Below, piece by piece: positions 10,314 through 20,197 of a stretch of 60,972 nucleotides of DNA. A program made the position numbers and the translations under genes. Each line of letters begins with the position of its first letter. Position 1 is the first letter of the stretch. The notes below the pieces were generated by a model that saw only the letters and a program-made list of their open reading frames with translations, was not told the DNA's origin and did no database searches. The DNA comes from an uncultured Gemmatimonadales bacterium (GTDB lineage: Bacteria > Gemmatimonadota > Gemmatimonadetes > Gemmatimonadales > GWC2-71-9), in the NCBI GenBank assembly GCA_963825055.1, contig CAWGSK010000020.1:1-60972 (forward strand), given 5' to 3'.

Positions 10314-11245
10314 AGCGCGCGCTGGTTCTCGCAGGGCTCACCCTCGCGCTTGCCATCCCGGCATCCGCCCAGCAGGGCGACAGTGTGCTCACGATCGCCG
10401 TCCGGCTCGCGCAGGAGGGACGGGGCGACTCGGCGCGCGCGATGCTCACCAGCCGCCTGGGCGCAACGCCCGCGACCGACCCGATCTATCCCGGCATGCT
10501 GTATACCATGGGACAGATCTCGCCCAGCGCGCAGGCCATGACGCAGTACTTCCGGCGGGTGGCGCTGGAGTATGCCGGCTCGCCCTGGGCGGATGACGCG
10601 CTGCTCCGGCTCGCCCAGCTCGACTTTGCGGCCGGTGACATGCCGGGCTCCCTCCGAAGCATCGAGCGGCTACGCTCCGATTATCCCGCGAGCGACCTCC
10701 GCGCCCTGGCTGACTTCTGGGGTGCGCGTGCGTGGTTCGAGCAGAACCGGCCCGCGGAGGCCTGCGGGTTCCTGAACGAAGGGCTGGCGAGGGCGGGCGG
10801 GAATGTCGAAGTGAGAAACCAGCTCGAGTTCTATCAGGCGCGCTGTCAGGGCGTTACGGCCGTCGCCCCCGGCGCCGCAGCGGTGGAATCTCCCGCGCCG
10901 GCCGGGCCGGTTCCGATCCCGACGGCTCCCGCACCGGCCGAGCCCGCCCAGGCCGAGGCGACCCCTGCCGCTCCCCCACCGGCGGACAGCGCCACGCCGA
11001 TCCAGAATCCCGATGCGGCCGCCACGGTGTTCAGTGTGCAGGTCGCGGCGGTCGGTACTCGCGCCGCCGCAGACAAGGTCGCGGCCGACATCCGTGCCGC
11101 CGGGCTGGACCCCGTCGTGGTGCTTGAGGGTGGGCTCTACAAGATCCGGTTCGGCCGGTTCGACGACAAGGACCAGGCACGGGCCGCCGCCACCCAGATC
11201 CGCGCCCGCGTGGGCGGCCAGCCTTTCGTCGTAGCGGTACCGTGA
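10310..11245 (+). CDS. Secreted TPR-like plus C-terminal SPOR domain protein
   Basis: Signal peptide, helical TPR-like region, Pro/Ala linker, FSVQVAA...YKIRFGRF SPOR pattern. Confidence 0.85.
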   Translation: MKRALVLAGLTLALAIPASAQQGDSVLTIAVRLAQEGRGDSARAMLTSRLGATPATDPIYPGMLYTMGQISPSAQAMTQYFRRVALEYAGSPWADDALLRLAQLDFAAGDMPGSLRSIERLRSDYPASDLRALADFWGARAWFEQNRPAEACGFLNEGLARAGGNVEVRNQLEFYQARCQGVTAVAPGAAAVESPAPAGPVPIPTAPAPAEPAQAEATPAAPPPADSATPIQNPDAAATVFSVQVAAVGTRAAADKVAADIRAAGLDPVVVLEGGLYKIRFGRFDDKDQARAAATQIRARVGGQPFVVAVP

Positions 11246-13824
11246 CCGTTCGACCTGCCGACGCCGCCTCTACGCCGCTGATCCAGCAGTATCTCGAGAT
11301 CAAGTCGCGGCACGAGGACGCCATCCTCTTTTTCCGGATGGGCGATTTCTACGAGATGTTCTTCGAGGACGCCCAGGTCGCGGCGAAACTGCTGGACATC
11401 ACCCTGACGTCCAGGGGGGATGGCGTGCCGCTGGCCGGCGTGCCGGTCAAGGCTGCCCGGGACTATCTCCGCCAGCTCCTCGCTGCCGGCCGTCGGGTGG
11501 CGATCTGTGAGCAGGTGGAAGACCCGAAGCAGGCCAAGGGTATCGTCCGGCGTGAGGTGGTGGAAACGCTGACGCCTGGCGCGATTCTGGACGACGGCTT
11601 CCTGACCGGCAACCGCAACAACTTCCTGATGGCTGTGGCTCCCGCCGGCGAGCGGGTCGGAGTCGCGGCGGTGGACATGAGCACCGGCGAATTCTTCCTC
11701 GAGGTCACCACCCCCGGGCAGCTCGCCGAAGTCGAGGGACGGCTCTGTCCCGCCGAGATGATTCATCCGCAGGATACCGACCTTCCCCTTCCGGGTGACG
11801 GACTCCGCACCGCGCGGGAGCCGTGGGAGTTCGACCCTGAACTCGCCGGGCCGGAACTCGCGCGCCGTTTCCGGCTTGCCTCGCTGGACGGACTCGGCCT
11901 GGGCCCGGAGGACGCACCCGCCGTTGGTGCCGCGGGGGCCCTCCTTCGCTACATCCAGGAACTGCAGCCCTCCGGGCTTCCCCATCTCACCCGGCCGGTC
12001 GCACGGCGCCAGGACGGACACCTCTGGCTCGATGACATGACCCGGCGGAACCTGGAGCTGGTCGAGCCGCTCCGCGCAGGTACCCGGAACGCGACGCTGC
12101 TCGAGGCAGTCGACACGACGGTGACACCGATGGGCGCCCGCCTGCTCCGGCAATGGGTGCTTTCGCCGCTCTGCACCCGGGACGAAATCGAGCGCCGCCT
12201 CGACGCAGTCGAGGCAATGGTGCGCGACTCGGGAGGCCGGGACCGGCTCCGCGAAGCGCTCGATGGCGTCCGGGACCTGGAGCGCCTGGCAGGCCGTGCG
12301 GCCGCCGGTCGCGCCACTCCCCGTGAACTCGGCGCGCTCCGTGACTCCTTCATCCGGCTCCCCGAAGTGCTGGAGGCGCTCTCCGGCCTGAGTGATCTGG
12401 ACCGGAGCGAGGCGCTGACCCGGATCGCATCGGAATTCGATCTCCTGGGCGACCTGGCACGGGACCTCTCCGCCGCCCTCGTGGATCGTCCTCCCGCGGT
12501 GCTGGCCGAGGGCGGCGCCATCCGCCCCGGGTTCGACGCCGGCCTGGACGAACTCCGCGAGCTCAGGGACGGCGGGAAGCAGTACATCGCAGCCCTGCAG
12601 CAGCGGGAGCGGGAACGGACGGGGATTCCGTCGCTCAAGGTCGGCTACAACAAGGTCTTCGGGTACTACCTGGAGATCACCCGGGCTCACAGTGGCAAGG
12701 TGCCCGCGGATTACGAGCGGCGTCAGACACTGACCAGCGCCGAGCGCTACGTCACACCGGAACTCAAGGAATACGAGGCGAAGGTGCTGGGCGCCGAGGA
12801 GCGGATCGGCGTGCGGGAGGGCGAGCTCTTCACGGAGCTCCGGGAGAGGGTCGGGGGAGAAACCACCCGGATCCAGCACTGCGCCCGGGCCCTGAGCCAC
12901 CTCGATGCCTGGGCCGGGCTCGGTGACGTCGCGGTGCATCACCAGTACGTCCGACCCACCATCGCCGACGACACGACGCTGATCCTCGAGGCCAGCCGGC
13001 ATGCCGTGATCGAGCGGCTCATGCCCCGCGAGTCGTTCATCCCGAACGACGTGCGCTTCGAACCGTCCGCGCGCGTGCTCCTGGTGACCGGCCCCAACAT
13101 GGCCGGCAAGTCCACGATCCTGCGGCAGATCGGCCTCTGTGTGGTGCTGGCGCAAATGGGATCGTTCATCCCGGCCGGTGCCGGCCGGATCGGCCTGGTG
13201 GACCGCCTTTTCACCCGGGTCGGCGCCAGCGACAACCTGGCCCGCGGTCAGAGCACGTTCATGGTGGAGATGAGCGAGACCAGCGCCATCCTCCACAACG
13301 CGACCGGCCGGAGCCTGGTCCTCCTGGACGAGATCGGGCGCGGCACCTCGACGTACGACGGCGTGGCCATCGCGTGGGGTGTCACCGAGCACCTGCATGA
13401 CCGGATCGGTTGCCGCACCATGTTCGCGACACATTACCACGAACTCATGCAGCTGCCCGAACGGCTCCAGCACGCGCGAAACCTGAACGTGGCCGTCCGG
13501 GAGTCGGGCGACCACGTGGTGTTCCTGCACCGGCTCGAGCCCGGTGGAACCGACCGCTCCTACGGCATCCACGTTGCCCAGCTGGCCGGGCTCCCGCGGG
13601 AAGTGGTGGAGCGCGCGAAGGAAATCCTGCTCACGCTGGAAGGCGACCACCGCGTCGTACCCGGCGAGCCGGAGATCACCGATCCCTCCCAGCTGCAACT
13701 CTTCGCCGGCGCTGACCATCCCATGATGGAGGAACTGCGTCATCTCGACGTGGACACCCTGACCCCGATCGAGGCACTCAACCGCCTCGCTGACCTGACC
13801 CGCCGCGCCAGGGAGCGCAAGTGA
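11242..13824 (+). CDS. mutS: DNA mismatch repair protein MutS
   Basis: FRMGDFYEMF, TGPNMAGKST, STFMVEM, DEIGRGT, SYGIHVA; C-terminal QLQLF clamp motif. Confidence 0.98.
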   Translation: MTVRPADAASTPLIQQYLEIKSRHEDAILFFRMGDFYEMFFEDAQVAAKLLDITLTSRGDGVPLAGVPVKAARDYLRQLLAAGRRVAICEQVEDPKQAKGIVRREVVETLTPGAILDDGFLTGNRNNFLMAVAPAGERVGVAAVDMSTGEFFLEVTTPGQLAEVEGRLCPAEMIHPQDTDLPLPGDGLRTAREPWEFDPELAGPELARRFRLASLDGLGLGPEDAPAVGAAGALLRYIQELQPSGLPHLTRPVARRQDGHLWLDDMTRRNLELVEPLRAGTRNATLLEAVDTTVTPMGARLLRQWVLSPLCTRDEIERRLDAVEAMVRDSGGRDRLREALDGVRDLERLAGRAAAGRATPRELGALRDSFIRLPEVLEALSGLSDLDRSEALTRIASEFDLLGDLARDLSAALVDRPPAVLAEGGAIRPGFDAGLDELRELRDGGKQYIAALQQRERERTGIPSLKVGYNKVFGYYLEITRAHSGKVPADYERRQTLTSAERYVTPELKEYEAKVLGAEERIGVREGELFTELRERVGGETTRIQHCARALSHLDAWAGLGDVAVHHQYVRPTIADDTTLILEASRHAVIERLMPRESFIPNDVRFEPSARVLLVTGPNMAGKSTILRQIGLCVVLAQMGSFIPAGAGRIGLVDRLFTRVGASDNLARGQSTFMVEMSETSAILHNATGRSLVLLDEIGRGTSTYDGVAIAWGVTEHLHDRIGCRTMFATHYHELMQLPERLQHARNLNVAVRESGDHVVFLHRLEPGGTDRSYGIHVAQLAGLPREVVERAKEILLTLEGDHRVVPGEPEITDPSQLQLFAGADHPMMEELRHLDVDTLTPIEALNRLADLTRRARERK

Positions 13825-14237
13825 ACCGGAAGACCCTGACCCTGCTGATTGTCATGGGGGCCGCCTCGGCCGCCGCCTGTGGTTCGTCCGACGGCAACAT
13901 CGTGAATCTGCCGGACAAGCCGCCGGCCATCACCGGCAAGGACGGACCACCGGTGGCGACCGATCCCGAACCACCGGTGGACTACCCGCCCTCACTCTAT
14001 GAAAGAGGCATCGAGGGCCGGGTCGTGCTCCAGCTCTACGTCACTGCCGCCGGGGCCGTCATGCCTGATTCAACAAAGATCTCCGAGTCGAGCGGATACC
14101 CCGCCTTCGACTCCTCGGCCATGGCCGGTTCGGCGCGGATGCATTTTTCACCCGCCATGCGGAACGGCCAGCCCATCGCCGCGACCACGCTCCAGCCCAT
14201 CCTCTTCCGTCACCCGGAAAGCTCGGCCACACCATGA
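13821..14237 (+). CDS. TonB C-terminal domain protein with lipoprotein-like signal
   Basis: YPPSLYERGIEGRV, SSGYPAFD, FSPAMRNGQP; N-terminal AAAC. Confidence 0.82.
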   Translation: MNRKTLTLLIVMGAASAAACGSSDGNIVNLPDKPPAITGKDGPPVATDPEPPVDYPPSLYERGIEGRVVLQLYVTAAGAVMPDSTKISESSGYPAFDSSAMAGSARMHFSPAMRNGQPIAATTLQPILFRHPESSATP

Positions 14238-15622
14238 CGCCCCCGCATCCGGACCCGTACCCGTCGGTTCTCGAGACCGTCGGCTGGACACCACTCATCC
14301 GTCTGGGTCGTATTGGCGCCGGGCTTCGCACGCCCATTCTTGGCAAGGCGGAATACGCGAATCCCGGCGGATCGGTGAAGGACCGGATCGGGCTCGCGAT
14401 CATCGAGGACGCAGAGGCCAGCGGTGATCTCAAGCCCGGCGGGACCATCGTGGAGGGCACTTCGGGCAATACCGGCGTGGGGCTGGCCCTGGCGGCCGCC
14501 CTCAAGGGATACCACTGCATCTTTACCATGCCGGACAAGATGAGCAGCGAAAAAGTCAGGCTCCTGAAGGCGTACGGCGCCGAGGTGGTGGTCGTGCCGA
14601 CTGCGGTACCACCGGACCATCCGGACAATTACGTCATGAAGGCGAAACAGATCGTGAAGGACACGCCTGGCGCCGTCCTCGCGAACCAGTTCTACAACCA
14701 GGTGAACCCGGCGGCGCATTACAAGACGACAGGCCCCGAGATCTGGGCCCAGACTGACGGGAAGGTCACGCATTTCGTGGCCGGCGCGGGAACGGGTGGG
14801 ACGGTGAGCGGAGCCGGGAAGTATCTCAAGGAGCAGAACTCGAAGATCCGCGTGATCGCGGGCGACCCCGTGGGGTCTCTTTACACGGAATACAGCCGGT
14901 CGAAGACCATGGGCGAGGGCCATCCCTACAAGGTCGAAGGCATCGGAGGGGACAAGATCCCCTCCACCATCTGGTATGACACGGTGGACGAGTTCCGCCA
15001 GCTCTCCGACCGGGAATCCTTCGTCATGGCCCGACGGCTCGCCCGGGAGGAAGGCATCCTGGTGGGCGGGTCGGCCGGCCTCAACGTGGCGCTGGCGGTC
15101 CAGCTCGCCCGGGAACTCGACGACCCGGACGCGCTCATCGTCACCATCCTGTGCGATACCGGGGAGCGCTACCTCTCCAAGCTCTTCAACGACGAGTGGA
15201 TGCAGGAGAACCAGCTGCTGGATACCCCGCGCGCCACAGTGGCCGACATCCTGGCGGCGCGGGACGACCGGGCCCCGATGCTCGTCTCGCTCACGCCGAG
15301 CGCGGCGGTCCGGCAGGCCTTGAACCTCATGAACAGCTATGACGTGAGCCAGATCCCGGTCCTGGATGGCGACCGCTGCGTGGGCGGGCTCAGCGAATCG
15401 GTCCTGATGACAAAGGCACTGGCCCAGCCGGCCCTCCTGGAACGGCCGGTACGGGAAGTCATGGACGAGCCATTCCCGGTCATAGAGGCCGACTACCCGG
15501 CCGACCACCTGGCGCCGATGCTCACGCGGGAAAGCCCGGCCGCACTGGTCCAGAAGGACGGGAAGCTGATTGGTATTATCAGTCGCTACGACGTTCTCCA
15601 GCAGCTGATCGGATCCCGGTGA
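14234..15622 (+). CDS. cbs: Cystathionine beta-synthase (PLP enzyme with CBS pair)
   Basis: NPGGSVKDR, TSGNTG, GTGGT, DTGERYLSK, C-terminal CBS domains. Confidence 0.92.
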   Translation: MTPPHPDPYPSVLETVGWTPLIRLGRIGAGLRTPILGKAEYANPGGSVKDRIGLAIIEDAEASGDLKPGGTIVEGTSGNTGVGLALAAALKGYHCIFTMPDKMSSEKVRLLKAYGAEVVVVPTAVPPDHPDNYVMKAKQIVKDTPGAVLANQFYNQVNPAAHYKTTGPEIWAQTDGKVTHFVAGAGTGGTVSGAGKYLKEQNSKIRVIAGDPVGSLYTEYSRSKTMGEGHPYKVEGIGGDKIPSTIWYDTVDEFRQLSDRESFVMARRLAREEGILVGGSAGLNVALAVQLARELDDPDALIVTILCDTGERYLSKLFNDEWMQENQLLDTPRATVADILAARDDRAPMLVSLTPSAAVRQALNLMNSYDVSQIPVLDGDRCVGGLSESVLMTKALAQPALLERPVREVMDEPFPVIEADYPADHLAPMLTRESPAALVQKDGKLIGIISRYDVLQQLIGSR

Positions 15623-16659
15623 GCCTCAGGGTAGTGGTGCTGACGGGGGGCACCTCCTCCGAGCGGGATGTGGCCATCGCCACGGCTGCCCAGGTGGTCC
15701 GGGCGCTCCGGAGCGTCGGCCATTCGGTCTCTGTGGTGGACACTGCCCGTGGATTCGTCCCCGGGAAACAGGAAGAAACACTTCTCCGTCCCGCGGTGGG
15801 GAAGGTGCCGCCATCCCCGGAGGAACTCGCCGAGCTCGAACGCGGGTTCCTGCTCTCGGGGCTGGCCGATCTCAAAGTGGTGCGGGATGCCGACCTGGTC
15901 TTCCTGGCCCTCCACGGGGGCCGGGGCGAGGACGGCACCATCCAGACGGTCCTGGATGTGCTCGGCGTTCCGTACACCGGCAGCGGGGCACTGGGGAACG
16001 CGCTGGCCATGGACAAGGACGTCGCCAAGCATCTGTTCCGCCAGGCCGGCGTCCCCACGGCCGACTGGCTCATGACGCCGGTCACAGCGGAGGAGGCCGG
16101 GGCCAGGCTAGGTTGGCCGTTGATCGTCAAGGCATCCAAGCAGGGTTCCACGGTGGGCCTGACCCTCGTGCGGAAGCCGGAGGAGTTTGATGCCGCCGTG
16201 GCATTCGCGGGACAGTTTGACGATGAGGTGATGGTCGAGCGCTTCATTGCCGGGAGGGAGATCACGGTGGGAATCCTCGATGGCGAGGCCCTGCCGCCCG
16301 GGGAAATCATTCCACGGCACGAGATTTTCGATTACGAGTGCAAGTACACGCCCGGCATGAGCGAGGAGATCTTTCCCGCAGATCTCCCGAAGGACGTGGC
16401 CACGAGGGCGGGGAAGCTGGCCCTGAAGGCCCATCGGGCGCTCAAGCTGGGCGGGTATTCGCGAGTGGATTTCCGGCTGGACGCCGACGGTGAATGCTGG
16501 TGCCTGGAGGCCAATACCCTCCCTGGCATGACCGCTACCAGCCTCTATCCGCAGGCCGCGCAGGCTGCGGGGATAGATTTCCCGGAGTTGTGTGACCGGA
16601 TCTGCCGCACCGCCAGCCCGGCGGGGCGGGAACCGGAAGGAAGGCCGGGTAAGAGATGA
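15619..16659 (+). CDS. ddl: D-alanine--D-alanine ligase
   Basis: GGTSSER, LHGGRGEDG, MDK, FDYECKY, LEANTLPGMT. Confidence 0.95.
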   Translation: MSLRVVVLTGGTSSERDVAIATAAQVVRALRSVGHSVSVVDTARGFVPGKQEETLLRPAVGKVPPSPEELAELERGFLLSGLADLKVVRDADLVFLALHGGRGEDGTIQTVLDVLGVPYTGSGALGNALAMDKDVAKHLFRQAGVPTADWLMTPVTAEEAGARLGWPLIVKASKQGSTVGLTLVRKPEEFDAAVAFAGQFDDEVMVERFIAGREITVGILDGEALPPGEIIPRHEIFDYECKYTPGMSEEIFPADLPKDVATRAGKLALKAHRALKLGGYSRVDFRLDADGECWCLEANTLPGMTATSLYPQAAQAAGIDFPELCDRICRTASPAGREPEGRPGKR

Positions 16660-17486
16660 ACGGACAGACATTTCCGCGCCTGACGCCCTGGGTGGGGCGG
16701 CTGATCGCCATCAACGCCGTGGTGATGATTCTGCTCGCCACCGTGCTGACGGCGCCCGGCGTGCGCGACTTGCTCGTCTTCAACCCGGCCGTGGCGCTCG
16801 AGCGGCCCTGGACCTTCCTCTCCTACATGTTCGTCCACCAGGGGCTCTGGCACCTGGCGTTCAACATGCTGGGCCTGTACCTCTTCGGCACCGCCGTGGA
16901 ACAGCGGATGGGCAGCCGCTCATTCCTCTTTTTCTATCTCTTCTGCGGGATCGGCGCCGCGGTCCTGTCACTTGGCCTCTCCGGGTTCCTCACGATCCAC
17001 CCGTTCCTCGGTGCTTCCGGCGCCGTCCTGGGCGTGGCCCTGGCCTTTGCGATGCTCTGGCCCGACGCCGAGGTGCTGCTCTTCCCGATTCCGGTGCCGA
17101 TCCGGGTCCGCTCGCTCGTCACCGTCGTAGCAGGCGGGTCGCTCTTTGCCGCCCTCATCTTCCGGGACAGTGGCGTCGCCCACATCGCGCATCTGGGCGG
17201 GATGCTCTTCGCCTATATGTTCTTCCGGGTCCAGGCCCTCTCGCATCCTGTGCCCGCCTCCGCTCCCAGGCCAGTCGAGCGCGTGGTGATGGTCCAGGCC
17301 CCCTCGCGCGACGTCGAGCCCGAGCCCGCGCCCCGGCCGCCATCGCGCCCCGAGCCCGATCCGGTTTCCGCCGAGATCGACCGCGTGCTCGACAAAATCA
17401 ACGCGCAGGGCATGCACAGCCTGACGGCGGAAGAGAAGCGCTTCCTGAAGGAAGTGGCAGAGAAGAAGAAGGAAGACGGGGAGTAG
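16656..17486 (+). CDS. Rhomboid intramembrane serine protease with C-terminal helical (DUF6576-like) tail
   Basis: HLAFNM, GASG, AHIAHLGG; EIDRVLDKINAQGMHSLT. Confidence 0.92.
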   Translation: MNGQTFPRLTPWVGRLIAINAVVMILLATVLTAPGVRDLLVFNPAVALERPWTFLSYMFVHQGLWHLAFNMLGLYLFGTAVEQRMGSRSFLFFYLFCGIGAAVLSLGLSGFLTIHPFLGASGAVLGVALAFAMLWPDAEVLLFPIPVPIRVRSLVTVVAGGSLFAALIFRDSGVAHIAHLGGMLFAYMFFRVQALSHPVPASAPRPVERVVMVQAPSRDVEPEPAPRPPSRPEPDPVSAEIDRVLDKINAQGMHSLTAEEKRFLKEVAEKKKEDGE

Positions 17487-17489
17487 ACG

Positions 17490-17562
17490 CCGGCAAGTCG
17501 GCAAGTCGGCAAGTCGGCAATCCAAACATACTCCTCCGTCTGCCGATTCCCGATCGCCGATC
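17490..17562. repeat. CGGCAAGT x4 with inverted CCGA-type repeats
   Basis: cggcaagt cggcaagt cggcaagt cggcaat ... ctgccga ttcccga tcgccga. Confidence 0.7.
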
Positions 17563-17624
17563 ATCAAAACCTGTTTCATCACCGCATCACTTGCGCCGCG
17601 CCCTTCGCTCCCGTATTCTGGCGC

Positions 17625-18569
17625 GTGCTTATCAATCTTCTCCCCGAATTCCTCGCCATACTCGATGCACCTGATCGCCGCCGCGCCTGGCAGCGATATC
17701 ATGACGCCCACCGTCCCGTACTCGAAGCGTACTGGCGCAACTACGTCATGGATCCGGATACGGAGGCCGCCGAGGATCTCGTGAGCCATATGCTCGGCGC
17801 CGACCGTCGCGATCTCTGGCAGCTGATCGCGGCGGTGGACGTCGTGCAGATGGCCGAGGACACCCTGGCGCGCGCTGCGGACATCCTGGAAGCCGACCGA
17901 CCGGTGGACTGCTACCTCATGGTGGGGATGGGCGCAGCCAACGCCGGCGAGCTGGTGGTGAACGGCCGCGGTGTCATCTTCATCTGCCTTGAGCATTTCA
18001 CCGGCCGGCCCAATCCGGACACCTTCGGCCTGGGGCTCACACCGGACCTGATCCCCCTCTGGATCGCGCACGAGTACGGCCACCTGGTCCGCTACCTCTC
18101 GCCGGACAGCAAAAGCGATCTCCGTCGCTTCATCCGTGAGGCCGGCGGCAATTATGACGTCTGGACCGCCGGGAGCCGGGCCACGCTCCGGGAGCTTCTC
18201 GTCAACGAGGGGCTTGCCGTCCGCGCCGCCGAGGCCGTGGCCCCCGGCTTCCTGCCGCCGCAGTACTTCGGTTACACCAAGCGGCAACACAGCCGGCTCC
18301 GTGAGCTGGAATCCTTCCTCCGGAGCGCCGTCGAGCCGCATCTCGACCGCTCAGCCCTCGGGCTTCGCCTCCGCTATCTGGTTGGAGGCATGAGCGGCGA
18401 GGCGCGCACCGTCGACGGCAAGGTCCTGCCGGAGCGCTCCGGCTATTACCTGGGCCACCGCCTCACCGAAGCCCTCGCGGCAAAGCAGGGCATCGGCCCG
18501 GCGCTCCGTGCCTCGGTGGATGAGTTCAGGGACGCCGAGGACGCCGCCCGCCGCATTCACACCGCCTGA
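17625..18569 (+). CDS. Putative gluzincin-type Zn protease (DUF2268-like)
   Basis: AHEYGHLVR then NEGLA; GYYLG. Confidence 0.7.
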   Translation: MLINLLPEFLAILDAPDRRRAWQRYHDAHRPVLEAYWRNYVMDPDTEAAEDLVSHMLGADRRDLWQLIAAVDVVQMAEDTLARAADILEADRPVDCYLMVGMGAANAGELVVNGRGVIFICLEHFTGRPNPDTFGLGLTPDLIPLWIAHEYGHLVRYLSPDSKSDLRRFIREAGGNYDVWTAGSRATLRELLVNEGLAVRAAEAVAPGFLPPQYFGYTKRQHSRLRELESFLRSAVEPHLDRSALGLRLRYLVGGMSGEARTVDGKVLPERSGYYLGHRLTEALAAKQGIGPALRASVDEFRDAEDAARRIHTA

Positions 18570-18775
18570 TGTCAGATGAGGGGAAGGATCCGATCCGGAT
18601 CACCGTCAAGCCGCTTGGCACGATCATCGTGCATGGTGAGGTGCGGGTGGAGGACCGGGAAGGGAACGAGATTCCGCTGCCGGTGGCGAAGAATCCGGGG
18701 ATGGTGAAGTTCTGCGGGTGCGGGCGGAGTAGAACGAAGCCGTTTTGTGACGGGAGCCATAAGTGTGAGGTCTAA
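18569..18775 (+). CDS. CDGSH iron-sulfur domain protein
   Basis: CGCGRSRTKPFCDGSH. Confidence 0.93.
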   Translation: MSDEGKDPIRITVKPLGTIIVHGEVRVEDREGNEIPLPVAKNPGMVKFCGCGRSRTKPFCDGSHKCEV

Positions 18776-18869
18776 GGCCCTTCGACCTTCGACTAGGTAA
18801 GGCCCTCAGGCCGCCCCTACGGGTGCTACGGCCGGAAATTTACCGTGCACCCTTCACCGCATGCCCTGT

Positions 18870-20191
18870 TCACTTTCCGACACAGAATCCGCGGAAAATC
18901 TCTCCAGCACCTCCTCCACATCCACTCGGCCGATCAACTCGTCCAGCGCCTCCGTCGCTTCGCGCACATGATGGGAAGCCAGAACCGCTTCGCCGGCAGA
19001 GCCGAGCTGGGGCAGTGCCTGTTCCAGGGAGGTGAGGGCCCGCTCGAGTCCGACCCGGTGGCGCTCGTGAGTCAGCATCGGCCCCAGGTCAGCCAGGGAG
19101 ACACCGTCGCCGAAAATGCGGGCCGCGACCTCTTCCCGCACCCGGTCCAGGCCCTCGCCGGTCACGACGGAGACAGGGATGCCTTCGCCTGATGGCGGCT
19201 GAAGGTCTGACTTGGTCCGGAGGAGGATCATGGGGAGGTCGGTGAGTTCCGGCGGCGGCGCGAGGTCCGTTTCCCCGGCCTCGACACACAAAAGCACGAG
19301 ATCCGCCGCCTTGATGTAGCGCCGGCTCATCGCGACCCCCATCCGGTCCACTGTGCCGGTGAAGTCGAACAGCCCGGCCGTGTCGAGCAGCCGGACGGGC
19401 CAGCCGCCGAAGGACGTCGCGGCCTCCACGGCGTCACGCGTGGTCCCCGGGATTTCAGAGACGAGGACACGGTCCGTCCCCAGCAGCGCGTTGAAGAGTG
19501 AAGACTTGCCCGCGTTCGGCCGCCCCGCCAGCACGACGAGCGCTCCCTCCTGAAGACGCTGCCCCGCGGGCGCGGTGCGGAGCAGGGTACGGACGGCGTT
19601 GATGGCCTCCTTCATCGCGCCGGCCATGCGGTGTGCCGGGACCGGCCCGTCATCCTCTTCGGGAAAATCCACCTCGTAGCTCAGCAGTGCCTGAAGCTGG
19701 AGCAGCTGCTCGCGGAGCGCGCCCAGCCGCCGCGAGAGCGAGCCGTCCAGCTGCTCGAGCGCCACCCGGGCCTGCACGCCCGCCGTCGCGTCAATCAAGT
19801 CCCCCACGGCCTCGGCCTGGAGCAGGTCCATCTTCCCATTCATGACCGCACGCCGGGTGAACTCGCCCGGCTCGGCGGGACGGGCGCCGGTGGCGTGCAG
19901 TGCGGCGAGTATGGCCGCAGGTACGGCGAGACCGCCATGGCAGGTCAGCTCGACGGCATCCTCGCCGGTATAGGAATGGGGTTCCGGAAAGACCGCGTAG
20001 AGGCCGCGGTCGATCGCCGCGCCGTCAGGAGCGTGGAAGGGGGCGAGCCGGAGTTGTCGGGGTGGATCGATGGTGAATCCGGCGATCACCCGCCGGGCGA
20101 CGTCAAACGCCCCCTTACCGGAGAGCCGGATGAGGGCGAGGGCGCTCCGCCCCGGCGCGGTAGCCAGGGCGGCAATCGGATCGGTCAGCAT
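18870..20191 (-). CDS. mnmE: tRNA modification GTPase MnmE, with an apparent 1-nt frameshift near the 3' end
   Basis: DPIAALAT, SYTGED, GEFTRRA, GRPNAGKSS, GTTRD, DTAG; the conserved IFRGFCVGK* lies in a shifted frame ending at 18870. Confidence 0.95.
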
Positions 20192-20197
20192 GTCCCA

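Noticed and set aside
15619..16659. VanA-type D-Ala-D-Lac ligase
   Set aside because: The omega loop FDYECKY is Ddl-like and there are no van genes nearby
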